Shown: piece after piece, positions 17,504-25,426 of the stretch
Numbering within the stretch: position 1 is the stretch's first letter
Layout: each line of letters begins with the position of its first letter
From: a virus
Taxonomy: Duplodnaviria; Caudoviricetes
Length of the DNA: 64,000 nt
Direction: 5' to 3' (one strand)
IMG/VR virus record: IMGVR_UViG_2816332575_000003
Span: 5,247 to 69,246 of that record
Translations under genes and position numbers: made by a program
Notes under the pieces: model-generated
Seen by the model: only the letters and a program-made list of their open reading frames with translations
Databases searched by the model: none
Told to the model about the DNA's origin: nothing

Positions 17504-18286
17504 TCACGCGGCGACGGCCAGGGCGGTGAAGCGGGCGTTGCTCGGCCGTGCCCCGCGGGCCCCGATCTGCCGCTCCCACAGGCGGCAGGTGCCCGCCACG
17601 AACGCCTCCACGGCGCGCGGGTCGGCCGCCGTCCAGCTCGGGAACTGCGCCGCCCACGCCAGCGCCTCGCGCGGCGGGCAGTCGGCCTCCATCAACCGCA
17701 CCGTCGTGTACGCGACGTCCACCCACGCCGGACCGGCCGCAGGCATCGCCCAGTCCACGATCCACACCCGGTCATCGCCGACGAGGAGGTTGTGGGGGTT
17801 CGTGTCGGTGTGCAGCAGGGTGTCGCCGCGCAGCAGCTCCAGCCGCTCGGGAGACAGGACGCCGACGAACCGGTCGGCGAACGACGGCACGCCCGCTGGC
17901 GCCCGGACGGCCTGAGCCGCCCGCAGGACATCAGCCACCAGGGCCAGGTCCCCCGAGCCGGCCGCCAGGTCCGCGTGCCGACCCTCGACGTACTCGAAGC
18001 CCAGCAGGTCCCAGCCCCCGGCGACTACCTGCCACAGCAGCCGCGGCCCCACGCCGCGCGTCGCCGCGTTCACCGCGGCCTCCATCGCCTGGCCGGCCCG
18101 CGCCCTCGCATCATCGGCCGGCGCGCCCTTCACGAACACCTGGCCCGAGCCGGCCTTGAGCACGGCCGCGGTCCGGCACGTCAAGCCGTCCGCGACCTCC
18201 CGCACGGCGTCGACCGGGCCGGTGTGCGCCTCCACCACCGCGCGAGTCTCCGACGGCAGGTCTCCCCAAGCAGTACGCGGCACCAC
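17504..18286 (-). CDS. APH/ePK-like phosphotransferase
   Basis: VFVKG, LLHTDTNPHNLL, IVDW kinase motifs. Confidence 0.8.
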   Translation of the reverse strand: MVPRTAWGDLPSETRAVVEAHTGPVDAVREVADGLTCRTAAVLKAGSGQVFVKGAPADDARARAGQAMEAAVNAATRGVGPRLLWQVVAGGWDLLGFEYVEGRHADLAAGSGDLALVADVLRAAQAVRAPAGVPSFADRFVGVLSPERLELLRGDTLLHTDTNPHNLLVGDDRVWIVDWAMPAAGPAWVDVAYTTVRLMEADCPPREALAWAAQFPSWTAADPRAVEAFVAGTCRLWERQIGARGARPSNARFTALAVAA

Positions 18287-18347
18287 GGCCCCCTCGCGAC
18301 GAGAAGAGGGGCCGCAGGAGCGACCCCTCACATGCTCAACGAGCAAG

Positions 18348-18425
18348 CTACCGCTGCGTGGCGCCACACCGCCGACACCGCTGCGCGCCGCTCCACGGAA
18401 CCCAATCGTGCTCGCACTCCGCCAT
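18348..18425 (-). CDS. 25-aa Cys/His micropeptide MAECEHDWVPWSGAQRCRRCGATQR
   Basis: GGAGGGAG RBS before ATG; CxH ... CxxC motif. Confidence 0.45.
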   Translation of the reverse strand: MAECEHDWVPWSGAQRCRRCGATQR

Positions 18426-18504
18426 GACGCACTCCCTCCGTCCGTTCTGAGGGTGCTCGCGCACAGCCGGAGAAGCGACGGCGCACGCGGCGCGCACAGG
18501 AGCG

Positions 18505-19305
18505 TCAGGCCGCCGGACCCAGCTCCGGCTGGTCGTACCGCAGCGGAGCGACCCCGCCGAGCTTGCCGTGCAAGTACTGCAGGCCGCGAACGGTGATGCG
18601 GATCTGGGGCCGGGCGAGCTTCACCTCGTCGGTGCGCGGGTCGCGGTAGGTCTGGATGCGTTCCTTCAGGTGCGCGGTGTGCTTCGCGTAGGGCACGCCC
18701 TTGCGGTCGACCATGTCCAGCTCCCGGATCGACTTCATCAGCCGGTGCTGCCCCGTCGAGATCGCGGGGTCGCGGTTCAGGATGAAGGCGGCGTCACGGA
18801 GGCAGTAGTCGCCTGACGCGTCGGCGAGGACGTTCCACGCCGCGGCCGGGGCCTCCAGCTCCTTGACGCGGGCCTCGGCGGCGAGCTTGCCCTGCTCCGA
18901 CTCCAGCGCCGCTTGAAGCGCCTCCAGCTTCGTCATCTCCCGAGGGGGAGCGGGCGTCTGCTCGTAGCGGCCGGTCTTCCGGATCTGCGGGATCACCTCG
19001 TGCGTGACCCAGCGGCGGAAAGGCTTCACTCGGGGCGAGCGCGAGATCAGCATCAGTGCGTACACGCCCGGTTCGGACACGAGGACCATTCGCTGGGCTC
19101 CGCCAGGGGTGTCCACGGCCGCGGACACCCTCTCGTCTTCGTCGAGCTGAGCGAGGGCGTCGCGGTACTTGCTGATGCCCACGACATCGCAAGCGTCCTT
19201 GCCGACGAACCACGGCTCGCCGTCGATCAACATCGACCGCACCTGCTGCGCGGTCTCGGGGAAGGTGAACGCCATGGGGGCGCTTAGGGATGGGACCATG
19301 GACAT
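18505..19305 (-). CDS. Bro-N / KilA-C (ANT) phage antirepressor
   Basis: DGEPWFVGKD, SEPGVYALMLISRSP, FRRWVTHEVIPQIRKTG; C-terminal ITVRG. Confidence 0.88.
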   Translation of the reverse strand: MSMVPSLSAPMAFTFPETAQQVRSMLIDGEPWFVGKDACDVVGISKYRDALAQLDEDERVSAAVDTPGGAQRMVLVSEPGVYALMLISRSPRVKPFRRWVTHEVIPQIRKTGRYEQTPAPPREMTKLEALQAALESEQGKLAAEARVKELEAPAAAWNVLADASGDYCLRDAAFILNRDPAISTGQHRLMKSIRELDMVDRKGVPYAKHTAHLKERIQTYRDPRTDEVKLARPQIRITVRGLQYLHGKLGGVAPLRYDQPELGPAA

Positions 19306-19514
19306 GGTCCAACTCCTCTTCTCGATGGGTGCGGGAGTTGTGCACTGGCCGTGCGTCCGGCGGCATCCGGGCGCACGGCATCTCAGGTCGGTCAGGCGTG
19401 CTACGGCCAGTTCCGCTACTAGAAGCTACTCCGAACGGCAGCATGTAACTAGGCGTTTCTAGTAAAAACTTTCTGGACCTTCCTGTTCTTCGTAGGTTCT
19501 GGCATCCTTTCGGT

Positions 19515-19934
19515 ATGACCACCACTACAGACAGGGCGACGTGTCAGCGGCTCGCCCGGCTGGTGCGCGAGCGCCGCGTCGAGCTGCGCATAACGAAGAT
19601 CGAGGCGGCGCGCGCCGCGGAGACCACGGTCACCACCTACGCGAAGGTGGAAGCTGGAGAGGCCGTCCGGGATGTGACCTATAGCAAGGTCGACCACGCC
19701 CTCGGATGGGCGTCTGGCTCCTGCCGCGACATCCTCAACGGCGGCGAACCGACATTGGCGTCCGCCGCCCCGAAGTGGGAGGGCTCGGTTCAAGGGCTCG
19801 ATGAACAGGACCTTGGACGGGTGATTACGCACGCCGTCGTCACCGTCTCCGACACCCTCACCGCAGCCGAAATCCGGGAGATCACTCGCCGCGTCGTCGA
19901 CGACCTGAAACGGCGCGGCGCGCTGGGGGTGTGA
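19515..19934 (+). CDS. XRE-family HTH repressor
   Basis: RLARLVRERRVELRITKIEAA...TYAKVEAG...DHALGW; divergent from the antirepressor. Confidence 0.8.
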   Translation: MTTTTDRATCQRLARLVRERRVELRITKIEAARAAETTVTTYAKVEAGEAVRDVTYSKVDHALGWASGSCRDILNGGEPTLASAAPKWEGSVQGLDEQDLGRVITHAVVTVSDTLTAAEIREITRRVVDDLKRRGALGV

Positions 19935-20524
19935 CGCTGCGCCCGCAGGCGGAACCCTGGACGGAGCAAGTCCCCCGAACTGCTCGCAGGGGTACGGTCG
20001 TCGTGTCGCATCGCTCTGCACGGGAGGCCGCCGTGGCGCCGCCGCTGAATGCCGAACACCGGCCCGACTACCCGCCGAAGACGCCACCCCCACCAAAACG
20101 TCCGGTGGAGCCGCCGCGCCCCAACGAACCGAAGACCGCCCCGGTGCCCGCGGCCCGGCAACGGGTGAGCATGGCCAACCGGCGCGGTGTCAACTGGCCG
20201 CTGGAATCTCAGCCATGGGCGCCGACCGGGGCGCGCAAGCGCGTCATCCGGCAGCTTCAACAGTGGGGGTACCGACCGGACGGTGATGCGGTCGGAGCCA
20301 TGGTTACCCTCATGGTGAAAGCCGCGGTCGGCGACGGCGGTCGGCGCGTCAGTCTCCATCTCGCCGACCAACATGAACAGGCCCTTGTGCTTGTGCTCAG
20401 CCACCAGCCCGGACCCGCGCCCGACGACACCGTCCTGCCCCGCCTCGCCAAACTCGGCGCCTCCAGCTGCGGCACCGACAACGCCCCCGACGGGCGACGG
20501 CTGTGGGTGCTGCTGGATCTCTGA
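19931..20524 (+). CDS. Degenerate HATPase_c / anti-sigma-like protein with Pro-rich N-terminus
   Basis: APTGARKRV...MVTLMVKAAV...GRRLWVLL resembles an HATPase_c_2 fold with decayed ATP boxes. Confidence 0.55.
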   Translation: MTLRPQAEPWTEQVPRTARRGTVVVSHRSAREAAVAPPLNAEHRPDYPPKTPPPPKRPVEPPRPNEPKTAPVPAARQRVSMANRRGVNWPLESQPWAPTGARKRVIRQLQQWGYRPDGDAVGAMVTLMVKAAVGDGGRRVSLHLADQHEQALVLVLSHQPGPAPDDTVLPRLAKLGASSCGTDNAPDGRRLWVLLDL

Positions 20525-20573
20525 TCGTAGAGAAGTCCCGCCGGGCGAACCGGCGGGACTTCTCTACGATCAG
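20521..20573. terminator. Perfect 24-bp-arm inverted repeat between convergent genes
   Basis: CTGATCGTAGAGAAGTCCCGCCGG-GCGAA-reverse complement. Confidence 0.7.
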
Positions 20574-20580
20574 GTCGCGA

Positions 20581-20853
20581 TCAGGCCGGAGTCAGCGCCA
20601 CCCCGAACGCCTTGCCGACAAGCCCCCGCACCAACAGATCCGACACCACCGGGTCCGGATCGGAGGGCATCAGCAGGACCAGGCCGCCGTCGCCGGTGGG
20701 CGCCATAAGACCCGCGAACCCCGGGATATCGGTCCCCGCATCAACCGCGTCCACGTGCAGCTCTGCCAGTAGCTCCGGCAGTGGGGCGGTCATCAGGTGG
20801 GCGGGGGAGGGGGGAGGAGGAGTCGAGGGCAGCGGGTTACTCGTAGACTTCAT
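20581..20853 (-). CDS. Hypothetical protein
   Basis: GAAGGGA RBS before MKSTSNP. Confidence 0.55.
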   Translation of the reverse strand: MKSTSNPLPSTPPPPSPAHLMTAPLPELLAELHVDAVDAGTDIPGFAGLMAPTGDGGLVLLMPSDPDPVVSDLLVRGLVGKAFGVALTPA

Positions 20854-21388
20854 GACGAAGTCCCTTCGTGAGAGTTCGGGCTTCTTGACCAGCGGTTGCA
20901 GCCGCTGGTCTCGGCGGCCGGGGTGGTAGGACACCCCGGCCGTTGTGCTGCGGCGGCGATGGCCACCGATGGATCGAACCTACCGGCACGGGAACAAGAC
21001 ACCGGGAGAACGGGGGCGAAACAAGCTATGGGGCGTTACACAAAGCTTTGAGAAAAGTGGGGTCTCGCGCCGCCCAACGCACTTCGAAGTGCGTTAACCC
21101 GCAGGTCCAGGCCGTGCGGCCCACCTGCGGCTTCCTCTCGGCGCGGGTGGCGCTGGCGGCCGGGCGGACGTAGAAAGCGCTGCAGGAGCCCAGGGTTGAA
21201 GATGGCCGATACCGGTCGGTGAGGTGCGTTCATCGACGCCGATCCTTCACGGCGGGCGACGGCGTGGTCAGGGGGTCGGGTGTAAACACCGCGAATTAAC
21301 ACCCTCAGGCCCCATCACGTCAGCTCGCGCCGGTCCGGTACCGCCGCTGGCGCGGGCGGACGGAGGCGTCACTGGGGCTGCTCACGGT

Positions 21389-21886
21389 TCAGCCGATAGG
21401 TGCCTGGTTGTGCACGACGTTGTGGCGCGGACTCTCGGCTCGGATCGCACGCCTTTCAGCGGCAAGGGCCTCAGACTTGCTGTCGAACCACTCAAGCGAG
21501 AGGTCCGCGACCTCCGGCCACCACACCTTGTCGACGGCGTGCTGACTCCAGCGCTGAGGTGGTTTGGTGCTGATTCCCACGTAGAGCAGTTCACCGGCGG
21601 CGTCGCGGAGGCGGTACAGGGCGGTGCGCTGAAGATCAGAGCCGTTCGCTTCCGCGTGGCACCTCCTCCGCGGCCGAGTCGGGCATGTCGCTACCTCCTC
21701 CGCTTGCATCTCCTCTTCGGTCTTCCTGCGCACGGCGATCCAGTAGTTGGGAATCTTGGGGTCGCGCTCGTACACGTAGCCCTTGAACGGGGTTGAGTAG
21801 CTAATGATCGAGTCTTCGGGATCCTGGAACATCTGGATCGGGGTGCCGCTCGAAGCTGTCGCCATACCGCCCCCTGCGGTGTGCAT
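21389..21886 (-). CDS. GIY-YIG nuclease domain protein
   Basis: TALYRL...LLYVGIS...RWSQH...AERRAI...PRHN; start uncertain. Confidence 0.8.
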   Translation of the reverse strand: MHTAGGGMATASSGTPIQMFQDPEDSIISYSTPFKGYVYERDPKIPNYWIAVRRKTEEEMQAEEVATCPTRPRRRCHAEANGSDLQRTALYRLRDAAGELLYVGISTKPPQRWSQHAVDKVWWPEVADLSLEWFDSKSEALAAERRAIRAESPRHNVVHNQAPIG

Positions 21887-21946
21887 GGGCTGCGCCCTCT
21901 GTCAGCGGTCGCTGACGTGGTGCAGCCGTCCTAAACAGGAGGCTCC

Positions 21947-21961
21947 ACCGGTATAGGACCA
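21947..21961. promoter_or_regulatory. Putative KorA/GntR operator
   Basis: ACCGGTATAGGACCA, exact reverse complement of 22933-22947. Confidence 0.6.
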
Positions 21962-22066
21962 GTTGTCAAGGTGTCTGTGTTGCCCGAGCTGAATGTCTGG
22001 TACACGACCGAATGATTAGGGCAGGTAGACAGGTATCTTGGTCGTTCGTATACCTGATGAGGAGGG

Positions 22067-22825
22067 ATGGCTGTGACGGATCCAGCGCAGGGCAAGAAGC
22101 CGCGCTACGAACAGATCGCGGATGAGCTGCGCGCTCGGATCGAATCCGGTGTGTACAGCGAGTCTCGCAAGCTGCCGAGCGAACGTGCGCTGTGCGAGGA
22201 GTTCACCACCGCGCGCAACACCATCAGAGACGCCATCCGAGTGCTGCGCGCAGAGGATCGCGTTGAGTCTCGCGGCGGATCTGGCGTGTACTTGCGCTCC
22301 TTCGAGCGCATCCGGCGTGACGCCGTAGAGCGGCTCTCGAAGAAGCACTGGGGCGCCGGCCGCGCCGTCTGGGATAAGGATCTTCCCGGGCGCAGCAGGG
22401 ATGAAGAGGTCACGGTTCGCAAGGTCGCGCCGCCGGACCGGATCGCCGGAACCTTGGGTATAAGGGGCCAGGAGGCTTGGTGTCGGAGCCGGGTGTACCG
22501 ATCGGAGGGGCGCACGGTCCGGCAGGCCACCTCGTGGTACCCGGTCGACCTCGTCGAGGGAACTGCCATCGCTGAGCGCGATACGGGGCCCGGCGGGTCC
22601 TATGCCCGGCTGGAGGAGATCGGTCACGGCCCGGCGCGCTACCGCGAAGAGGTCAAGATCAGGCTGCCGCTGTCGGCCGAGGCCAAGACCCTCGGGGTCA
22701 CCATGGATACGCCGGTGGTCTTCATCATGCGGACCGCCTTCGATTCGGAAGACCGCCCCGTCGAGGTCAACGAGATGATGCTCGACTCGGACAGCTACAC
22801 GCTGATCTATACCTTCCCGTCCTGA
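22067..22825 (+). CDS. GntR-UTRA (HutC subfamily) repressor, KorA/KorSA/TraR-like
   Basis: RYEQIADELR...LPSERAL...RNTIRDAI HTH plus UTRA domain, upstream of the tra/spd genes. Confidence 0.88.
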   Translation: MAVTDPAQGKKPRYEQIADELRARIESGVYSESRKLPSERALCEEFTTARNTIRDAIRVLRAEDRVESRGGSGVYLRSFERIRRDAVERLSKKHWGAGRAVWDKDLPGRSRDEEVTVRKVAPPDRIAGTLGIRGQEAWCRSRVYRSEGRTVRQATSWYPVDLVEGTAIAERDTGPGGSYARLEEIGHGPARYREEVKIRLPLSAEAKTLGVTMDTPVVFIMRTAFDSEDRPVEVNEMMLDSDSYTLIYTFPS

Positions 22826-22844
22826 GCTGCGTATACCTCGCGGC

Positions 22845-22873
22845 GAGCCCCTGCCTGACGGTGGGGGCTTTTC
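22845..22873 (+). terminator. Terminator after the GntR gene
   Basis: GAGCCCCTGCC..GGTGGGGGCTTTT. Confidence 0.65.
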
Positions 22874-22887
22874 GCTGATCGGAAAAT

Positions 22888-22947
22888 TGGTCCTAGACCG
22901 CTGGTTGTCACAAGCTGCCTGGGCTGCTTAAGTGGTCCTATACCGGT
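22888..22947. promoter_or_regulatory. Two putative GntR operators upstream of the transfer operon
   Basis: TGGTCCTAGACCG (22888) and TGGTCCTATACCGGT (22933), similar to HutC/DasR-type boxes. Confidence 0.6.
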
Positions 22948-22992
22948 TCCGAGTTCGGAGCCCACGAGACAGCCATGCGCGAAGGGAGAAGC

Positions 22993-23292
22993 ATGAGCAA
23001 CACCGTCAGGGCATCGGCCGTCGAGCGGATGCTCGGAGCCGCCGAGGTAGCCGAATCTCTGAACCTCTCGCTGACTGCGGTTTACCGACTGGCACGCAGC
23101 GGCGCGCTTCGGAGTCACAGGCACGGACAGGGCAAGGTGCGCCCGCGCGGCCTCCGCATCCCCGAGTCGGCTGTCCGCGAATACCTGCACCGCTCGCAGC
23201 TCCCCAGTGATGAGCAGCGCGCCGGTGGCGCGATCCGCATCCCGGAGTCCGAGCTGAACCGCTCACCCGAGCCCGCGGCGGTGACGTCATGA
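22993..23292 (+). CDS. Excisionase-like HTH_17 protein
   Basis: AAEVAESLNLSLTAVYRLARSGAL...LRIPESAVREYL. Confidence 0.8.
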   Translation: MSNTVRASAVERMLGAAEVAESLNLSLTAVYRLARSGALRSHRHGQGKVRPRGLRIPESAVREYLHRSQLPSDEQRAGGAIRIPESELNRSPEPAAVTS

Positions 23293-23459
23293 CCACCGCC
23301 GAGCTGTCCGTTCCGCGCCAGCTGCCCGCCGGCAACCCGAAGGCGGCCCTGATCCTCGACGCCTACGCCGAGGCTCTGCGCGCGGCGGGCGAGGACGTCC
23401 ACGTGGTGTACAGCGCGCACGGCGACATGTTCAAGATCGTGGCCCGGGAGACGTCATGA
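23289..23459 (+). CDS. Small hypothetical protein
   Basis: ATGA overlaps on both sides. Confidence 0.5.
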   Translation: MTTAELSVPRQLPAGNPKAALILDAYAEALRAAGEDVHVVYSAHGDMFKIVARETS

Positions 23460-23653
23460 GCGCCCCGCAGCCCGGCCCGGTCGACCCGCAGCTGGTCGCC
23501 GACATCGACGAGATCTTCCTCGGCTACTGGGACACCGCTGTGCTCGCCCTGGTTCACGCCGACTACCGGCCCCGCGCCCTCCAGTCCTACGCCCGCCAGC
23601 ACGGCTCTGCGGCCCGCGAGAACGAGCCCGAGCCGACTGACGGCCTGACCTGA
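23456..23653 (+). CDS. Small hypothetical protein
   Basis: Coupled ORF. Confidence 0.5.
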   Translation: MSAPQPGPVDPQLVADIDEIFLGYWDTAVLALVHADYRPRALQSYARQHGSAARENEPEPTDGLT

Positions 23654-23727
23654 CCCTTCCCGGGCCCGCACTGCCGGGCCCGGTCACCCACTCGTATCGA
23701 CATATCGACTCGACAGGAGTCCTTCCG

Positions 23728-23994
23728 ATGGCTACGACCGTCGACTTCACCGCCCTGTCCGACGCGGACGCCGCCGCCACTTCCGACCTGATGGCCCACC
23801 GCCGCGCCACGACGCTGGTGCCGGACCCGCACGCCACCTACCGGGCACAGATCGTGACCGCCTACGTGACCGCCGCCTACCCGGCCGTGCGCCGCAGCCT
23901 GCTGGACGAGGCCACCGACTACGACCGCCAGCACCCTGGCGAGCCGTCGCTGGCCGACGAGCTGTACGGCGCCGACCTGGGTGGGGTGGCGTGA
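23728..23994 (+). CDS. Hypothetical protein
   Basis: CAGGAG RBS. Confidence 0.6.
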   Translation: MATTVDFTALSDADAAATSDLMAHRRATTLVPDPHATYRAQIVTAYVTAAYPAVRRSLLDEATDYDRQHPGEPSLADELYGADLGGVA

Positions 23995-24506
23995 TGAACA
24001 CCGACGTCATCATCGGCGCGGCCACGGCGATCGCGGGTGCCGGGGTCACCGGCCTGATCCAGTACGCCACGTTCGCCCGCTCGGCTCACACTCGGCGCCT
24101 GGCGCGTATCGGCGACGCGGCCGACGCGTTCGGCGGCGAACTGATCGAGTACCGGCGCCCCGTCTACGCCAGGGTTACCGCAGCGCGCGAAGGCGCCCAC
24201 CCGTCGGCCGGCCGTGACACCCGCTGGGAGGCACACTCCCGGGTCACCAAGTCCCTGCGGCGCCTGCTGCGGGTGTCCTCCGGAGCCCCCGGTGCCTCGG
24301 AACTCGCCCGCGTGGCCCGCGAAGCGGCTGCGGTCACCTTCGCTCTGAACGACGCGGCGAACGAGGTGGCCACCGCCGTGCGCGACGACGCGTCGCCCCA
24401 GCGGGTCCGTGACGCGGAAAACGCCCTTGCCGAGGCGGGCGATGCGGCTCGCCGTCTGGATGACGAGCTGCTGGCCGCTGCGGTCCGCGCGACGAGGGGT
24501 GCGTGA
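23991..24506 (+). CDS. KilB-like protein
   Basis: N-terminal TM (IIGAATAIAGAGVTGLIQY) followed by an Ala-rich helical domain, as in Streptomyces plasmid KilB. Confidence 0.55.
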   Translation: MMNTDVIIGAATAIAGAGVTGLIQYATFARSAHTRRLARIGDAADAFGGELIEYRRPVYARVTAAREGAHPSAGRDTRWEAHSRVTKSLRRLLRVSSGAPGASELARVAREAAAVTFALNDAANEVATAVRDDASPQRVRDAENALAEAGDAARRLDDELLAAAVRATRGA

Positions 24507-24721
24507 TGCGTCCCGCCGCCTGGGTTGCCATGGCCCTGACCGTCGCGCTGGTCGTTGCCTGCCCGCAGATCCTCACCGGCGGCCTGTTCGTAGCGGTCGC
24601 CGCGGTCGGCTTCGCGGTCGGCTGGGTTCTGATGACGCCGCTCGCTGCCGGTGCCGCGCTCGCCGCCACCCTCGTGTGGATCGCGATGCGGCCCGAGACC
24701 GGGCGGAGGTGGGCACGGTGA
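24503..24721 (+). CDS. Small multi-TM Spd-like protein
   Basis: Almost entirely hydrophobic; coupled. Confidence 0.55.
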   Translation: MMRPAAWVAMALTVALVVACPQILTGGLFVAVAAVGFAVGWVLMTPLAAGAALAATLVWIAMRPETGRRWAR

Positions 24722-24936
24722 TCGACGCCGACCTGATGGGCCTGTGCCACGAGCTGGTGATCCAGACGCAGCACGGCTCGGCGAGCATGCTGCAGCGCAA
24801 ACTGCGCATCGGCTACGCGCTGGCCTGCCGAGTGCTCGACGCACTGGAGACCGAAGGCGTGGTCGGGCCGTCGCAAGGCTCGCTGCCCCGCGACGTGCTG
24901 GTCACACCCGACGGGCCGCCGCGGAGGTGGGCGTGA
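24718..24936 (+). CDS. Stand-alone FtsK gamma domain
   Basis: ELVIQTQHGSASMLQRKLRIGYALACRVLDALETEGVVGPSQGSLPRDVLV. Confidence 0.85.
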   Translation: MIDADLMGLCHELVIQTQHGSASMLQRKLRIGYALACRVLDALETEGVVGPSQGSLPRDVLVTPDGPPRRWA

Positions 24937-25403
24937 TGACCGCCACCCAGCCCGCGCCCACTCGCGTCGAGGAGAGGATCGCGAGGACGCAGGGCGAGAT
25001 CGCCCGCACGGACACGAAGGCCAGCATCCTCCTGGCCGCCCTGGCGATCGTCGCCGGTCCGCTCGCGTCGAACGCCGGGACTCTGATCCGCAGCGGCTGG
25101 CCGACCGCCACCGCCACGATCCTCGCCGTGCTCCTCGCCGGCGCCGCCGCATGGCTGCTGCTCGACGTGGTCCTGCCCCGGCTCAACGGCAGCGGAACCG
25201 ACAACTTCATCCACTACGCCCGCTGCACCCGCGCCGAGCTGATCCAGGCGCTGCACGTGACCGCCGACCCCTACCACGAGCTGATCACCCTGGCGCAGAT
25301 CGCCGACGCCAAGATGCGGCGACTTCGCACGGCTGGGTTGTTGCTGAAGCTCGCCGCCGTGCCCGCACTGGCCGCCGCCGCGCTGGCGATCGCCGCCCAC
25401 TGA
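24936..25403 (+). CDS. PycTM / DUF5706-like membrane protein
   Basis: EIARTDTKASILLA...VVLPRL...LAQIADAKMRRLR. Confidence 0.75.
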   Translation: MTATQPAPTRVEERIARTQGEIARTDTKASILLAALAIVAGPLASNAGTLIRSGWPTATATILAVLLAGAAAWLLLDVVLPRLNGSGTDNFIHYARCTRAELIQALHVTADPYHELITLAQIADAKMRRLRTAGLLLKLAAVPALAAAALAIAAH

Positions 25404-25426
25404 CCCACCGCAAGGAGAGTCCTGCC

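Noticed and set aside
17504-18286. Aminoglycoside resistance gene
   Set aside because: Only the generic APH/kinase fold motifs are visible; the substrate cannot be inferred
23154-23250. Short internal duplication (RIPES twice) in the xis-like gene
   Set aside because: About 15 bp; most simply a local duplication or recombination scar with no further supporting signal
24936-25403. Complete Pycsar defence system
   Set aside because: No pyrimidine cyclase gene nearby
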